In this document: positions 11,620 through 21,346 of the stretch, piece after piece
Numbering within the stretch: position 1 is the stretch's first letter
Layout: every line of letters begins with the position of its first letter
Assembly (NCBI GenBank): GCA_017559855.1
Contig: JAFYQP010000040.1
Coordinates: 1-54,328 of the forward strand
Source of the DNA: Clostridia bacterium
Lineage (GTDB): Bacteria; Bacillota; Clostridia; Oscillospirales; JAAYXM01
Reading direction: 5' to 3'
Length of the DNA: 54,328 nucleotides
Position numbers and translations under genes: made by a program
The notes under the pieces: model-generated
Told to the model about the DNA's origin: nothing
Database searches by the model: none
What the model saw: the letters and a program-made list of their open reading frames with translations, nothing else

Positions 11620-12438
11620 TTATAATTTCCATGTCTTTGCAAATTTGTTTGCAAGTTTTAGTTCTTTTCTTCTTACCATTTCGTCATAAACAAGTTTGTA
11701 AAAATCCGCTTCTGTCAAACCGAATTTATTAATCTTGTTGTCTTTAAGATAATTTAAATACGAGGAACTTAAGTTTTCTTCATCTATCAGTTTTTCTCTA
11801 ATATATTTTGCTACTTTACTTGTATGGGAATTTATATCTAAGAAAAAGTCAACTGTCTCGTCGTCAATTCCAAATTGCTCTAATGATGTTCTGTTGCGTT
11901 TACAAATAACCTCACAAAATGCTTTGTATGATCCTTGAATCCGCACACTTTGAAAATCTGTTTTTGCTGTGCAATCTACGTGATTAAATTTTAGTATAAG
12001 CACTTTTTCCGCTAATTTATATTTTTCTATATACGCCTGCATGAACAATCGCCACAAATCATCTAGTAGTAAGCCCCATTGTATCAGTATAATTGTTTTA
12101 CTTTTTGCTTTCGATAATTTTTGAAAGGCGAGTATATCCGAGACAATACCTGCACTATTATACATTCCTCCATAGTCCACAAATGAATTTGCGTTTATCC
12201 TGTTTATTATAGAACTTCTCGAATTAAAAGATGGTGATACTTTCCCATAAATCATTCTGTCCCAAATTGGAATACACACAGAGTCTTTAGACATATTGTT
12301 AATAATATCGCCATATAGAGTGTCGCCTTCCGCAACAAAGCATATATTATCATATCTCCTGCAACATTCGTCAATTACTTCATTTATCGGAAATTCATAT
12401 AACTGAGTTCCTCTTGATTTTACAGGCGAATTACCCAT
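11620..12438 (-). CDS. hypothetical protein (orphan, AT-rich)
   Basis: ORF 11620..12453. GGAGG followed by 8 nt favours the ATG at 12438 (MGNSPVKSRG...). I recognise no motif. The codon composition is visibly more AT-rich than the neighbouring genes. Confidence 0.6.
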   Translation of the reverse strand: MGNSPVKSRGTQLYEFPINEVIDECCRRYDNICFVAEGDTLYGDIINNMSKDSVCIPIWDRMIYGKVSPSFNSRSSIINRINANSFVDYGGMYNSAGIVSDILAFQKLSKAKSKTIILIQWGLLLDDLWRLFMQAYIEKYKLAEKVLILKFNHVDCTAKTDFQSVRIQGSYKAFCEVICKRNRTSLEQFGIDDETVDFFLDINSHTSKVAKYIREKLIDEENLSSSYLNYLKDNKINKFGLTEADFYKLVYDEMVRRKELKLANKFAKTWKL

Positions 12439-12590
12439 ACCGCATACCTCCACAATGTAAAACTATATAAGTATTCGCAGAGAAACAAGAAATCCCTTTT
12501 TTAGAAAATTTAATATTGTTAGGTTTTCGGTGATAGCAATAAAAAAAGACTGTTGGGAAATATCCCAACAGTCTTTTGGTTTTGTGCTTA

Positions 12591-13463
12591 TTAACCCTTA
12601 ACGGAGCCGATCATAACGCCCTTAACGAAGTATTTCTGTAAGAACGGATAAACTGCAATGATCGGAACGATGGATACAAGAATTGTACCGTACTTGATTG
12701 CGTCCTCAGCAAACTGAGTACCCTTAGCGGATTCACCCATTGTACCCTGACTTTCAGTAATACTCTGCATAACGATCTGACGGAGAATAATCTGAAGCGG
12801 ATACTTGCTGCTATCCTGTAAGTAGAGGAGCGGAGCCTGGAATGAGTTCCACTGTGAAACTGCAACGAAAAGACCGATAGTTGCAAGTACAGCGGTTGAG
12901 GTGGGAAGTACAAGGTACCATAAAACACCGATATCGGTAAGACCGTCAAGACGACCGGACTCTTCGATTTCAGCAGGATATGCTGCGAAGAAGGAACGCA
13001 TGATGATCATATTGTATGCGGTGAATGCAGTCGGTAAAACGATAGCCCAGATGGTGTTGTACATACCAAGCCAGTTAATAGCAAGGAAGCCCGGAATCAT
13101 ACCGCCGCTGAAGAACATAGTAATAAGTACTAAGATGTTAAGCTGCTTGCCGAAAGGACAACGCTTCTTGCTTAACGCATATGCACCGGTTGTAAGAACA
13201 AAAAGTGCGATTGCAACACCGACAACGGTGTAGACAATAGTGTTGAAATAAGCATTGTAGATACTCGGATCGGCAAGGATCTTAGCATAAACGTCAAAGT
13301 TCACTCCCTTAGGAATGAAGGAAATCTTACCGGACATAACTGCGGTTGTTTCAGAGATTGAAACAGCAACCATGTGGAAGAGCGGGAAAATCATAACGAA
13401 TACGATAAACCATAAGAAGATACCGCGAAGGAGCCAACCAATTGTAAATTTCTTTCCTACCAT
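12591..13463 (-). CDS. carbohydrate ABC transporter permease (CUT1, LplC/MalG-like)
   Basis: 290 aa with multiple TM segments and an EAA-like loop (AEIEESGRLDGLTDIGVLWYLVLP). Confidence 0.88.
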   Translation of the reverse strand: MVGKKFTIGWLLRGIFLWFIVFVMIFPLFHMVAVSISETTAVMSGKISFIPKGVNFDVYAKILADPSIYNAYFNTIVYTVVGVAIALFVLTTGAYALSKKRCPFGKQLNILVLITMFFSGGMIPGFLAINWLGMYNTIWAIVLPTAFTAYNMIIMRSFFAAYPAEIEESGRLDGLTDIGVLWYLVLPTSTAVLATIGLFVAVSQWNSFQAPLLYLQDSSKYPLQIILRQIVMQSITESQGTMGESAKGTQFAEDAIKYGTILVSIVPIIAVYPFLQKYFVKGVMIGSVKG

Positions 13464-13478
13464 TTTACGTATCCTCCT

Positions 13479-14447
13479 TTACCACAAGCTGGTATCGCTT
13501 ACTTTGTTTGCAACATAGTTGGAAACAACAAGCATAGCCAAACTGATTAATGAGTTGAAAAGACCAACCGCAGAACCGTAGCTGTATCCGCCTGTGGACA
13601 TCATACCTTTTTTGTAAACGTAGGTAGAGATGATTTCAGAGGTTTCAAGTGTGGTCGGTTTCTGGAAGAGGAACGCTCTTTCAAAACCAACGCTAAACAA
13701 GGTACCCATACGGAGAAGAAGCATGGTAATCATGGTCGGAGCAATTGACGGTAAGGTGATGCTCCATACGCAACGCATCTTACCTGCACCGTCAACATAT
13801 GCAGCCTCATATAACTGAGGATCAACGTTTGTAAGTGCAGCGAGGTATACGATAGCACCCCAACCGGTCTGCTGCCATAATTCGGAAACTATGTAGATAG
13901 TTCTGAAACAATTCTGGTCCAACAACCAGTCGGTCTTTGCAATACCGATGGAGTTGAAGAAGTGGGTGATAAGACCGCTGGTCGGATCAAGGAACATTGA
14001 GAAGAGACCAACAACAACAACCGTTGAATAGAAGTGGGGCATGTAGCTGACGGTCTGAACAAGTTTCTTGAAACGCATGCCCTGAACCTCGTTGAGGATG
14101 AGGGAGAAGATGATCGGAAGCGGGAAACCAAAAATCAATGAATAGAAAGAGATAATGGTTGTGTTTCTGATCAAACGCCAGAAGTACTTGTACTCGAAGA
14201 AGTTAATAAAGTGTTTAAAGCCTACGAAATTACTACCAGCGATACCCTTGAACGGCTTGTAATCCATAAAGGAAATAACGAGACCGTACATCGGGAGATA
14301 GTAGAAAAGCGCAAGACAGATAACTGTCGGGATTACAAGTAACAATAAGTACTTGCCATCGATGAGCTTTTTCATAAACTTGTTTTGCTTGTGCAACTCC
14401 GGGAGAGCCTCGACCGGTGCAACAGCATTAGGAACAGTTTTGCTCAA
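13479..14447 (-). CDS. carbohydrate ABC transporter permease (LplB/MalF-like)
   Basis: The ORF extends to 14489. AGAGGAG followed by 8 nt favours the TTG at 14447. EAA loop: YEAAYVDGAGKMRCVWSITLP. Confidence 0.85.
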   Translation of the reverse strand: MSKTVPNAVAPVEALPELHKQNKFMKKLIDGKYLLLLVIPTVICLALFYYLPMYGLVISFMDYKPFKGIAGSNFVGFKHFINFFEYKYFWRLIRNTTIISFYSLIFGFPLPIIFSLILNEVQGMRFKKLVQTVSYMPHFYSTVVVVGLFSMFLDPTSGLITHFFNSIGIAKTDWLLDQNCFRTIYIVSELWQQTGWGAIVYLAALTNVDPQLYEAAYVDGAGKMRCVWSITLPSIAPTMITMLLLRMGTLFSVGFERAFLFQKPTTLETSEIISTYVYKKGMMSTGGYSYGSAVGLFNSLISLAMLVVSNYVANKVSDTSLW

Positions 14448-14874
14448 AGCATTCACTCCTCTGTAAATATTTGTTGCTGATGGACCCAATCAAAGTTCAC
14501 CCTACTCTGAAATGAGTCAATCAAAATTTTAAATTAAGCAAGTTTCACTAAACTTCCTATTTACATACAAAAAGCATGTGACTACTTGCACATTAAATTA
14601 TACAAGAAATTTGGGAAAATTGTATGACGAATTATTTTGATGATAACAATAAATTGCGTTATACGGAAAAGTGAGTATAACCTAAAAAAATGAGTATACA
14701 TAAAAAGATGTGGCGATTCTTGGGTGTGAAAAGTGTCGAAAAATAGAAAAAAAGCACAAAAACAACTGCAAATTTTGCAGAAAAGTGAAGTAATGATTTC
14801 TTAACATTTTGCGGGAAGTGGCAAGAAGAAGCACTTGTGCATAGTGCACAAGTGCTTCTTTGTTTTGTGGCTTT

Positions 14875-16410
14875 TTACAAATCGGATACATCGTTAAAAT
14901 GCTTCTTACGATACTCACCCGGCGTGTATCCGGTGTATTTTTTGAAAAGGCGGATGAAAGTATTGATGTTTTGAAGACCGACAGCCTCTGCAACGTCTTT
15001 GTTTTTGTTCTGGGGATTGGCTATAAGTGCGACTGCTTTTTTGATGCGGAAACTGTTTAGGTAATCGGTTAGGTTTACATTCATCTTCTCTTTAAAATAC
15101 GAGGAAATATAGGCACTTGTGAGTGCTAGTTTATCGGCAAAAAGATTTAGATAGATGTCCTCGGCATAGTGATTTTCCACGTAGTCTAAAATGAAATTAA
15201 TAATGTAATCTTCTTCTCTTTTGTTTAATACGATATAGTCCATTACGCGGATGAGAAGATCAGCACAGATCTGCTGATATCGGTCTACTGTTACCGCGCG
15301 GTCTAATTGAATGTACACACGGTTTAAATTGAGCGAGGCAGGTGTTGAGTGGAACAGGCGGTTTAAAAGTTTGACCGCACAGTTTACAATTTCGGTGCAA
15401 AGAAGATAAAGGTCGAAACCGCTTACCTCTTTCTTTGTGTTGTAATCCAGGATTTCATTGAGATTTCTCAAGCAATCGTCACGGGCACCGTTTTGCATAA
15501 GTGAGGATAATTTTTCCATCTGTTCAATAGTGAAATAAAACTGTCCTGCACCGGGTGTTACTTTATCTTCGATTAAAACCTGGTTTTCCATAACGGGTTT
15601 TGCGTAACGTGCGAGACGGGAAAGTCGGTCAAATTGAGCCTTTAGTGCGGTGGAATCATCGTGCAGGTTGGATACAACAACCGTGAAAAAGACATATTCC
15701 GACTCGTTTTCAAGTTTCTTCACCGCAGAGTTTACCATTTCTACCACCGCATCCTGAGAGGATGTTTCGGCGTTTATGATAGAAACGATTTGGTCATTTT
15801 CTACTTGGAACGTTGAAGATTCAAAGCCGTCATGGGTAAAGTACAGTTCAATCAATTGCTTCAAGAAAAAGGTCGATTTACTCGGTTCTTCCTGAATCGT
15901 CTCAAAGAAGGTGTCCTTGTAATGTATACGGAAGTAGACCATCATAAAAGGCGGGGAATCATTTAGTTGTGCTTCCACATCGTCGAGGCTTACATATATG
16001 TCACGCATACGTGACTGCAAGAAGATACCTTTTAAGAGAGAGTCTTTCTCGCTTATTGTGGTCGAATACATTTCGTTTTGTTCGATAACTTTACTGCTTT
16101 TATCGTTTATGTAGGTGAAAAGCGTGGTGCCGTCGGGGATTTCGCTGTCATTAGGGAATTGCTCTGCCAAAGCGGAGACGGAATTTGCTAGTTTTTTGCT
16201 TTTGGTGTATGCAACATATACGGACGCGGCAAGAGACAGCAATACGCAAAAAACAGTAGCGACAGGTGCTATAGTCGGGGCAATGAAATGGAGTGAAACC
16301 GAAACAATGCCCGTAATGATAAAAAACGCAATTATCATTAAATATGAAGAAAGAATTTTGCCGAAAAACTGTTTTTTTAATGATGATATGTTATTTTGTG
16401 GATTTTTCAT
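14875..16410 (-). CDS. membrane-anchored AraC-family transcriptional regulator
   Basis: 511 aa with two N-terminal TM segments and a C-terminal AraC HTH (SAYISSYFKEKMNVNLTDYLNSFRIKKA...FIRLFKKYTGYTPGEYRKK). A terminator hairpin lies downstream at 14824-14860. Confidence 0.85.
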   Translation of the reverse strand: MKNPQNNISSLKKQFFGKILSSYLMIIAFFIITGIVSVSLHFIAPTIAPVATVFCVLLSLAASVYVAYTKSKKLANSVSALAEQFPNDSEIPDGTTLFTYINDKSSKVIEQNEMYSTTISEKDSLLKGIFLQSRMRDIYVSLDDVEAQLNDSPPFMMVYFRIHYKDTFFETIQEEPSKSTFFLKQLIELYFTHDGFESSTFQVENDQIVSIINAETSSQDAVVEMVNSAVKKLENESEYVFFTVVVSNLHDDSTALKAQFDRLSRLARYAKPVMENQVLIEDKVTPGAGQFYFTIEQMEKLSSLMQNGARDDCLRNLNEILDYNTKKEVSGFDLYLLCTEIVNCAVKLLNRLFHSTPASLNLNRVYIQLDRAVTVDRYQQICADLLIRVMDYIVLNKREEDYIINFILDYVENHYAEDIYLNLFADKLALTSAYISSYFKEKMNVNLTDYLNSFRIKKAVALIANPQNKNKDVAEAVGLQNINTFIRLFKKYTGYTPGEYRKKHFNDVSDL

Positions 16411-16619
16411 AGTTAAGTTCCCACCTATATTTAAAAATAGATATCCAAAATTTTAACTGTAAAATTATTATACACGCAAAAAGGTAAAAAATAAAGGGGT
16501 AAATTTAAAAAATATAGGTAGTTTTTAAAAATTTAGTGAATTCGTAAAACGTGTCAATTTTTAAATTTGCAATTTTTCCCATTGTGATTTATAATGTTTT
16601 TCAAAGGAGGGTGATTGAT

Positions 16620-17441
16620 GTGACAAGTCCGCTTTTATATGTATGCGATTTGGACGATACATTGCTCGGCAGAGATAAGAGAATATCAAAGGTGAATTTA
16701 GACGCGGTTTTAAAAATACAGCGGTCCGGCGTTCCCTTTACAATAGCAACGGGCAGATCTCACCTGCAAATAAGAGAATATGTATCTCAACTTGAAATTA
16801 AAATACCGGTAATTACCTGCAACGGAGGAGTTATCAGCACCCCTAAGGACGAAAAAATTCTAAATGTTTCGTATATATGTCCGGAAATAGCGAAGAAGAT
16901 AACCGCATTTTGCGAAGAGAATAAAATGGATTATCTCATGTATACGGCACGGAATATTTGCTATACACGAGAAAGTGTGCGAATTACCGGATATTTTAAA
17001 TATAACGAAAACCTCACAAATCCGGAATTTTTGGTACCTCTTAAATGTATGGACGACGTTACCGACGAGGACTATAATGAGGCGATAAAAATTCTGGTAC
17101 TTGGCGATTACGAAATGCTTGATTATATAAAACAAGAGTTCAACAAAGAGGGAAAACTTACCATTGTGAGTTCCGGTAAAGGCCTGGTTGATATTATGGC
17201 AGAGTCAACCGGCAAGGGCGATGCGGTGAAGAACCTTGCACAGATTCTGGGTGTACCTCTTGAACGTGTAGTTGTTTTTGGTGACAGTCCCAACGATTTG
17301 AGTATGTTTGAAGTGGCGGGCACATCAATAGCGGTTGGAAATGCAGTTGATGAGATAAAGTCCGCTGCCACATATACAACTTTGCCGAATTACGAAGACG
17401 GCGTGGCAGAGGCACTTGGGAAATTATTCGGCAAGGTCTAA
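16620..17441 (+). CDS. Cof-type HAD-IIB family hydrolase (sugar phosphatase-like)
   Basis: ORF 16551..17441. AGGAGG(16605-16610) followed by 9 nt favours the GTG at 16620. Has the YVCDLDDTLL motif I and the GDSPNDLSMF motif. Confidence 0.85.
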   Translation: MTSPLLYVCDLDDTLLGRDKRISKVNLDAVLKIQRSGVPFTIATGRSHLQIREYVSQLEIKIPVITCNGGVISTPKDEKILNVSYICPEIAKKITAFCEENKMDYLMYTARNICYTRESVRITGYFKYNENLTNPEFLVPLKCMDDVTDEDYNEAIKILVLGDYEMLDYIKQEFNKEGKLTIVSSGKGLVDIMAESTGKGDAVKNLAQILGVPLERVVVFGDSPNDLSMFEVAGTSIAVGNAVDEIKSAATYTTLPNYEDGVAEALGKLFGKV

Positions 17442-18242
17442 AATTTTGCCGATGTCGTAATTGTGCTCACGATTAAAACGTTTTAAATCAAACAAATCCT
17501 CACCGATAACATTCATTCGGGCGTAAGTGCCGAGAGTGGAAGTAAAACCTGCTTCCTTAATAAGTTTGAGGAGGGTATCGTCACGCATACCGAATGGGTA
17601 TGTAAAACAAGTGGGGACTCTGAGACCGTTTTCCGCAAAAAGTTTTTGAGAAACGGACAAATCATTTGAAATTAAGGCGATGTATGCATCGTCTTCCTCC
17701 GTACTGCTTTTGAGTGCACCTTTGCGATGGGAACTGAAATTATGTAGATTGTAGGAGTGGTTCTGGAATTCAACCAAACCACTCTTTTCCATTTCACGCA
17801 TTTCCTCCCACGAAAGGTACACGTGGCCGCCTTTATATTCTTCGGGATATGCACCAACCGTGGAGGATACAAATTTAATTTTGTATTTAAGAGCGAGTGG
17901 ATAGGCGAAGGTGTAGTCACTATGATTGCCGTCATCAAAAGTCAACATTATCGGTTTTTCGGGAAGTGGGGACTTGCCGTTTTTGTGATTTTCCAAGTCG
18001 GAAATGGTAATCGGCGTAAAGCCTCTTTTTAATATAAGTTTTATGTCATTTTCAAACTCCGCAGGGGATATGCAATATTTGCCCCAGGATTTTGAGTTTT
18101 CGGATATTTTGTGATACATTAAAATAGGCAGGTTGACATCGTTTTCCGTATTGATTACAGGTGAAATTTCACTTGTGTCAAAACATATAATCAGGCATAA
18201 GGTAAATGCGAGAGAAAAAACGAGTTTCCATATGTTTTTCAT
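17424..18242 (-). CDS. polysaccharide deacetylase family protein
   Basis: N-terminal TM/signal segment, then LPILMYHKI...MLTFDDGNHSDY (NodB-type). The ATG at 18242 follows GGGGGTG. The 3' end overlaps the convergent HAD gene by 18 nt. Confidence 0.85.
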   Translation of the reverse strand: MKNIWKLVFSLAFTLCLIICFDTSEISPVINTENDVNLPILMYHKISENSKSWGKYCISPAEFENDIKLILKRGFTPITISDLENHKNGKSPLPEKPIMLTFDDGNHSDYTFAYPLALKYKIKFVSSTVGAYPEEYKGGHVYLSWEEMREMEKSGLVEFQNHSYNLHNFSSHRKGALKSSTEEDDAYIALISNDLSVSQKLFAENGLRVPTCFTYPFGMRDDTLLKLIKEAGFTSTLGTYARMNVIGEDLFDLKRFNREHNYDIGKILDLAE

Positions 18243-18408
18243 ATAATACACCCCCGTAAATAAGTGTATTCCAAAGCGATTGGAAAAATGAGGGTATAAA
18301 TTAACGAAAACTTAATAAAAATATCTTTTTTTGTAATATTTTGCGTGTATAATTAAAAGTGCAAAAAGACAGAAAAGTTTTTTCTTATTTTCCCTTACTC
18401 CTATTAAA

Positions 18409-18446
18409 AACAGAGGACAAGTCGCAAGGCTTGTCCTCTGTTTTTT
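18409..18446 (+). terminator. intrinsic terminator located between divergent genes
   Basis: 12-bp stem ACAGAGGACAAG(18409-18420)/CTTGTCCTCTGT(18430-18441) followed by TTTTTT. No upstream CDS on either strand needs it. Confidence 0.7.
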
Positions 18447-18450
18447 GCTT

Positions 18451-18479
18451 TTGACATGGTATAGTCGCGGTGCTATAAT
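18451..18479 (+). promoter_or_regulatory. consensus sigma-A promoter for the GH18-like SLH gene
   Basis: TTGACA(18451-18456), a 17-nt spacer ending in TGC, then TATAAT(18474-18479). This is a perfect -35/-10 pair with an extended -10 TG. Confidence 0.75.
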
Positions 18480-18521
18480 ATAGAGGCAAATATCTTTCGC
18501 ATAAAGAAAGGAATGTTACAT

Positions 18522-20732
18522 ATGCGTAGTAAAATATTTAGAATAGTCAGCGGAATCATGGTATTGTTTCTTGTCCTTCCGCTCTTACCAACGGCGAAGG
18601 CTCAGAACAACTGGAATATGGAGTATTTTTATAAGACATATTCCGATCCGCATTTTAATTTAAATAACGAGCCAAATCGTGTTATGACAATTGAAGAATT
18701 TATTGCAATAACACATGCATATTCCTATTACGGCTCAGGCTCCGCATCTGTAACCGTCCGAGATAAAAACGGCAGGACACCGTCTGCGTGGTGTGCTAAA
18801 TATGTTCAGGCAGAGGCGGATAAAAAAGTTTTTGACACAGAGAAAATATCTTGGAGTGATCCGGTAACGATCGCCTTCGCGGCACAGTTTATGGCACGTT
18901 CAAAGGGCAAATATTCGTATGACTCCAACAATATCTACAACTTTAGCGGTACAGCAGGCATGGCGGCAGATGATGTTTTATATCTTAGCGTTGCGGTTGA
19001 CCACGGCTTGATTGAATATAAATCCAGAATGAACGTCTCTTCGCATATTATGCGAAAGGATGCACGTAAATATGAAATTCCGAAAACGGTAAGCATAAAG
19101 CCGATAATTAAAGGTGCTAAAAACTCAATGCGAGACTGCAACGTGTATTTTATTGATTGTTATTGGGACCTTGACGCGGCAAACAATCAACTTTCAAAAC
19201 TTAAGAAAAACAGTGCACATATCACTTCGGTAACCTTCCAAAGCGGTTACTTAAACGGAACTAACGTCACATCGGGTAATACTTATCTCGGTTGCGATAT
19301 TGAGCATACTGAGGCACTGGAATATAACAACAAATACACAACAGACCCTCAGGTGGAAGCAATAAAGTACTGTAAGGACAATAAAATTACAGCACTTTTG
19401 GGAATAAGCAATATATATAACAACAGTTTTACCGGAAATGCGTTGGAAACTATCCTTTCAAGCAAGACCAATATGCAGAACGCTTCCCGTGAAATCCTCG
19501 CAGCGGTAAGGAAATACAACCTTGATGGTGTTAATCTCGGTATAGAGGTAACCAATCCTGCACTTTCACACTTAAGAGGTGCGTATTCGACCTTCGTAAA
19601 GCAGGTTGGAGACCTTTTGCATGCACAAGGTTACGTGCTTACCGTAAGTGTAGGTGCATATTTTACCGACAAGCAGGAACGGGCATCCATCTACGACTAT
19701 ACCGAAATCGGCAGGGTAGCAGATAAGGTGCACGTTATCCTTTATGATGATTTTAACGACACGGGTTTCACTACACGTAATACACATGGCCCCATGAGCA
19801 ATCTTACCCGTATCGGTCGCTGTATCCGTTATGCATCGGCAAAGATGGCAAGTAGTAAAATTCTTTTAGGTGTCGGTGCATACGCAATCGATTTTAACCT
19901 CACTTGGTGGAAGGCGGAGGACATAGATTACGGCACGGCCACATCTCTTATGAGAAAATACGGTGCAACTACAGTATATGACAACACAAATGGTGCGGCT
20001 GGAGCATATTTTGAATATACCGACGGTGCTTCTTGCAAACATAGGGTTTATCTTGAAACCGCGTCAACCATTGCACAGAGAACGGAGGTTGTAAATAACT
20101 ATAATCTTGGTGGTTATAGTGTGTTTAATCTGCAGGACGACAATGGAACAATGTTCTCCGCAATAACGGCGGCATCTGCATTTAAGCCGGAAGTTATTTC
20201 CGCAATGCGTAGCGGTATTTCACCGCTTAACCTACGTGGCGATTATTCACGTGCTATACAACGCTATGAATTTTGTGAAATGATCGTGGACTTCATCGAA
20301 GGCAAAAACGGAAAGACCATTGATCAGTTCTTAAAGAGCAAGGGTGTCAAAATTGACAAGTCTGTATTCAACGACGTTTATGACGCCGACTATGTGTATC
20401 AGGTAAACGCACTCGGCATCGTAGGTGGTTACGGTGACGGAAAGTTTAAACCCTATAACAGTATCACACGCCAGGAAGCGGCAACGATGCTTATGCGACT
20501 TGCAAAGGTTATGGGAATGGAAAAACCAAATTCCGTAGCAATAACATTTGTCGAGAGTGCGTCACTTCAGTCGTGGGCGAAAGAGGGTATAGACTTTATC
20601 TCCGCTTGTGTTGATAAAAAAACAGGTAAAAACGTTATGGGCGGTACCGGAAACAATAAATTCTCACCGCTCGGTACATATACAAGAGAACAGACGTATA
20701 TGTCAATGGTAAGATTATTTAACGCATTTTAA
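18522..20732 (+). CDS. secreted GH18-like (chitinase/YdhD-like fold) protein with SLH-type wall-binding repeats
   Basis: The ATG at 18522 gives the signal peptide MRSKIFRIVSGIMVLFLVLPLLPTAKA. The central region is GH18-like (YNLDGVNLGIEV, GGYSVFNLQDD). The C-terminus carries an SLH-like repeat (GIVGGYGDGKFKPYNSITRQEAATMLMRL). Confidence 0.7.
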   Translation: MRSKIFRIVSGIMVLFLVLPLLPTAKAQNNWNMEYFYKTYSDPHFNLNNEPNRVMTIEEFIAITHAYSYYGSGSASVTVRDKNGRTPSAWCAKYVQAEADKKVFDTEKISWSDPVTIAFAAQFMARSKGKYSYDSNNIYNFSGTAGMAADDVLYLSVAVDHGLIEYKSRMNVSSHIMRKDARKYEIPKTVSIKPIIKGAKNSMRDCNVYFIDCYWDLDAANNQLSKLKKNSAHITSVTFQSGYLNGTNVTSGNTYLGCDIEHTEALEYNNKYTTDPQVEAIKYCKDNKITALLGISNIYNNSFTGNALETILSSKTNMQNASREILAAVRKYNLDGVNLGIEVTNPALSHLRGAYSTFVKQVGDLLHAQGYVLTVSVGAYFTDKQERASIYDYTEIGRVADKVHVILYDDFNDTGFTTRNTHGPMSNLTRIGRCIRYASAKMASSKILLGVGAYAIDFNLTWWKAEDIDYGTATSLMRKYGATTVYDNTNGAAGAYFEYTDGASCKHRVYLETASTIAQRTEVVNNYNLGGYSVFNLQDDNGTMFSAITAASAFKPEVISAMRSGISPLNLRGDYSRAIQRYEFCEMIVDFIEGKNGKTIDQFLKSKGVKIDKSVFNDVYDADYVYQVNALGIVGGYGDGKFKPYNSITRQEAATMLMRLAKVMGMEKPNSVAITFVESASLQSWAKEGIDFISACVDKKTGKNVMGGTGNNKFSPLGTYTREQTYMSMVRLFNAF

Positions 20733-20739
20733 TAAAAAA

Positions 20740-20772
20740 GTCCCACCGCCTTATCGGCGGTGGGACTTTTTT
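20740..20772. terminator. bidirectional intrinsic terminator
   Basis: GTCCCACCGCC(20740-20750)/GGCGGTGGGAC(20756-20766), flanked by an A-run and a T-run. Confidence 0.85.
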
Positions 20773-21346
20773 ATATAAGGGGTTTTATAAGATGAATTAA
20801 AAGACCTGCAACACCGGAAAGGGAGATTATGAGAATTGGACTCGGCTTAAAAACGCGAAGGGCGAGGAATGCGAGTGCAAAAATCCCAAGTGCGATAAAG
20901 TCAAGGCTTGTGCCGATTCCCAATGCGGTGAACAGTATGCCCACACCTGCGGTTGCGATAAGGGATACCACCGCAGGACGGAGTCCGAACAGAATGTTCT
21001 GCATTGCATTTAAGTTTTTGTACTTAAAATAGAGTTTTGCGAGAATAAGTACGATGATGCAGGACGGTGCAACACAACCTGCGGTTGCCACGATTGCACC
21101 GAGTAGTCCTGCGACTTGCGTTCCCACGAAGGTCGATGCATTAAGGGCAATAGGGCCGGGTGTCATCTGAGAAATGGTTAGAAGGTCGGTGAATTGACTC
21201 ATCGTAAGCCAACCTTTTCCGGTAACCACCGCATCTTGTATAAGGGGAAGTGCCGCATACCCGCCGCCGAAACTGAAAAGACCTATGCGGAAAAAGGCGA
21301 GGAAAAGATCAAGATAAATCATTTGGCATGCCCTCTCTTTCCCCAA
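20771..21346 (-). CDS. chromate transporter family protein (ChrA half-size, C-terminal partner)
   Basis: 191 aa, hydrophobic, with the FSFGGGYAALPLIQ motif of the CHR family. Confidence 0.85.
   Translation of the reverse strand: MGKERACQMIYLDLFLAFFRIGLFSFGGGYAALPLIQDAVVTGKGWLTMSQFTDLLTISQMTPGPIALNASTFVGTQVAGLLGAIVATAGCVAPSCIIVLILAKLYFKYKNLNAMQNILFGLRPAVVSLIATAGVGILFTALGIGTSLDFIALGIFALAFLALRVFKPSPILIISLSGVAGLLIHLIKPLI

Noticed and set aside
14490-14874. 385-nt intergenic region upstream of the permease pair as a possible riboswitch or leader
   Set aside because: I could find only the AraC-gene terminator hairpin (14824-14860) and AT-rich promoter-like sequence. There is no conserved riboswitch core or convincing nested structure.
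17424-17441. 18-nt overlap of the convergent HAD and deacetylase genes as a regulatory antisense feature
   Set aside because: Short 3'-end overlaps of convergent genes are common, and no additional structure is evident.
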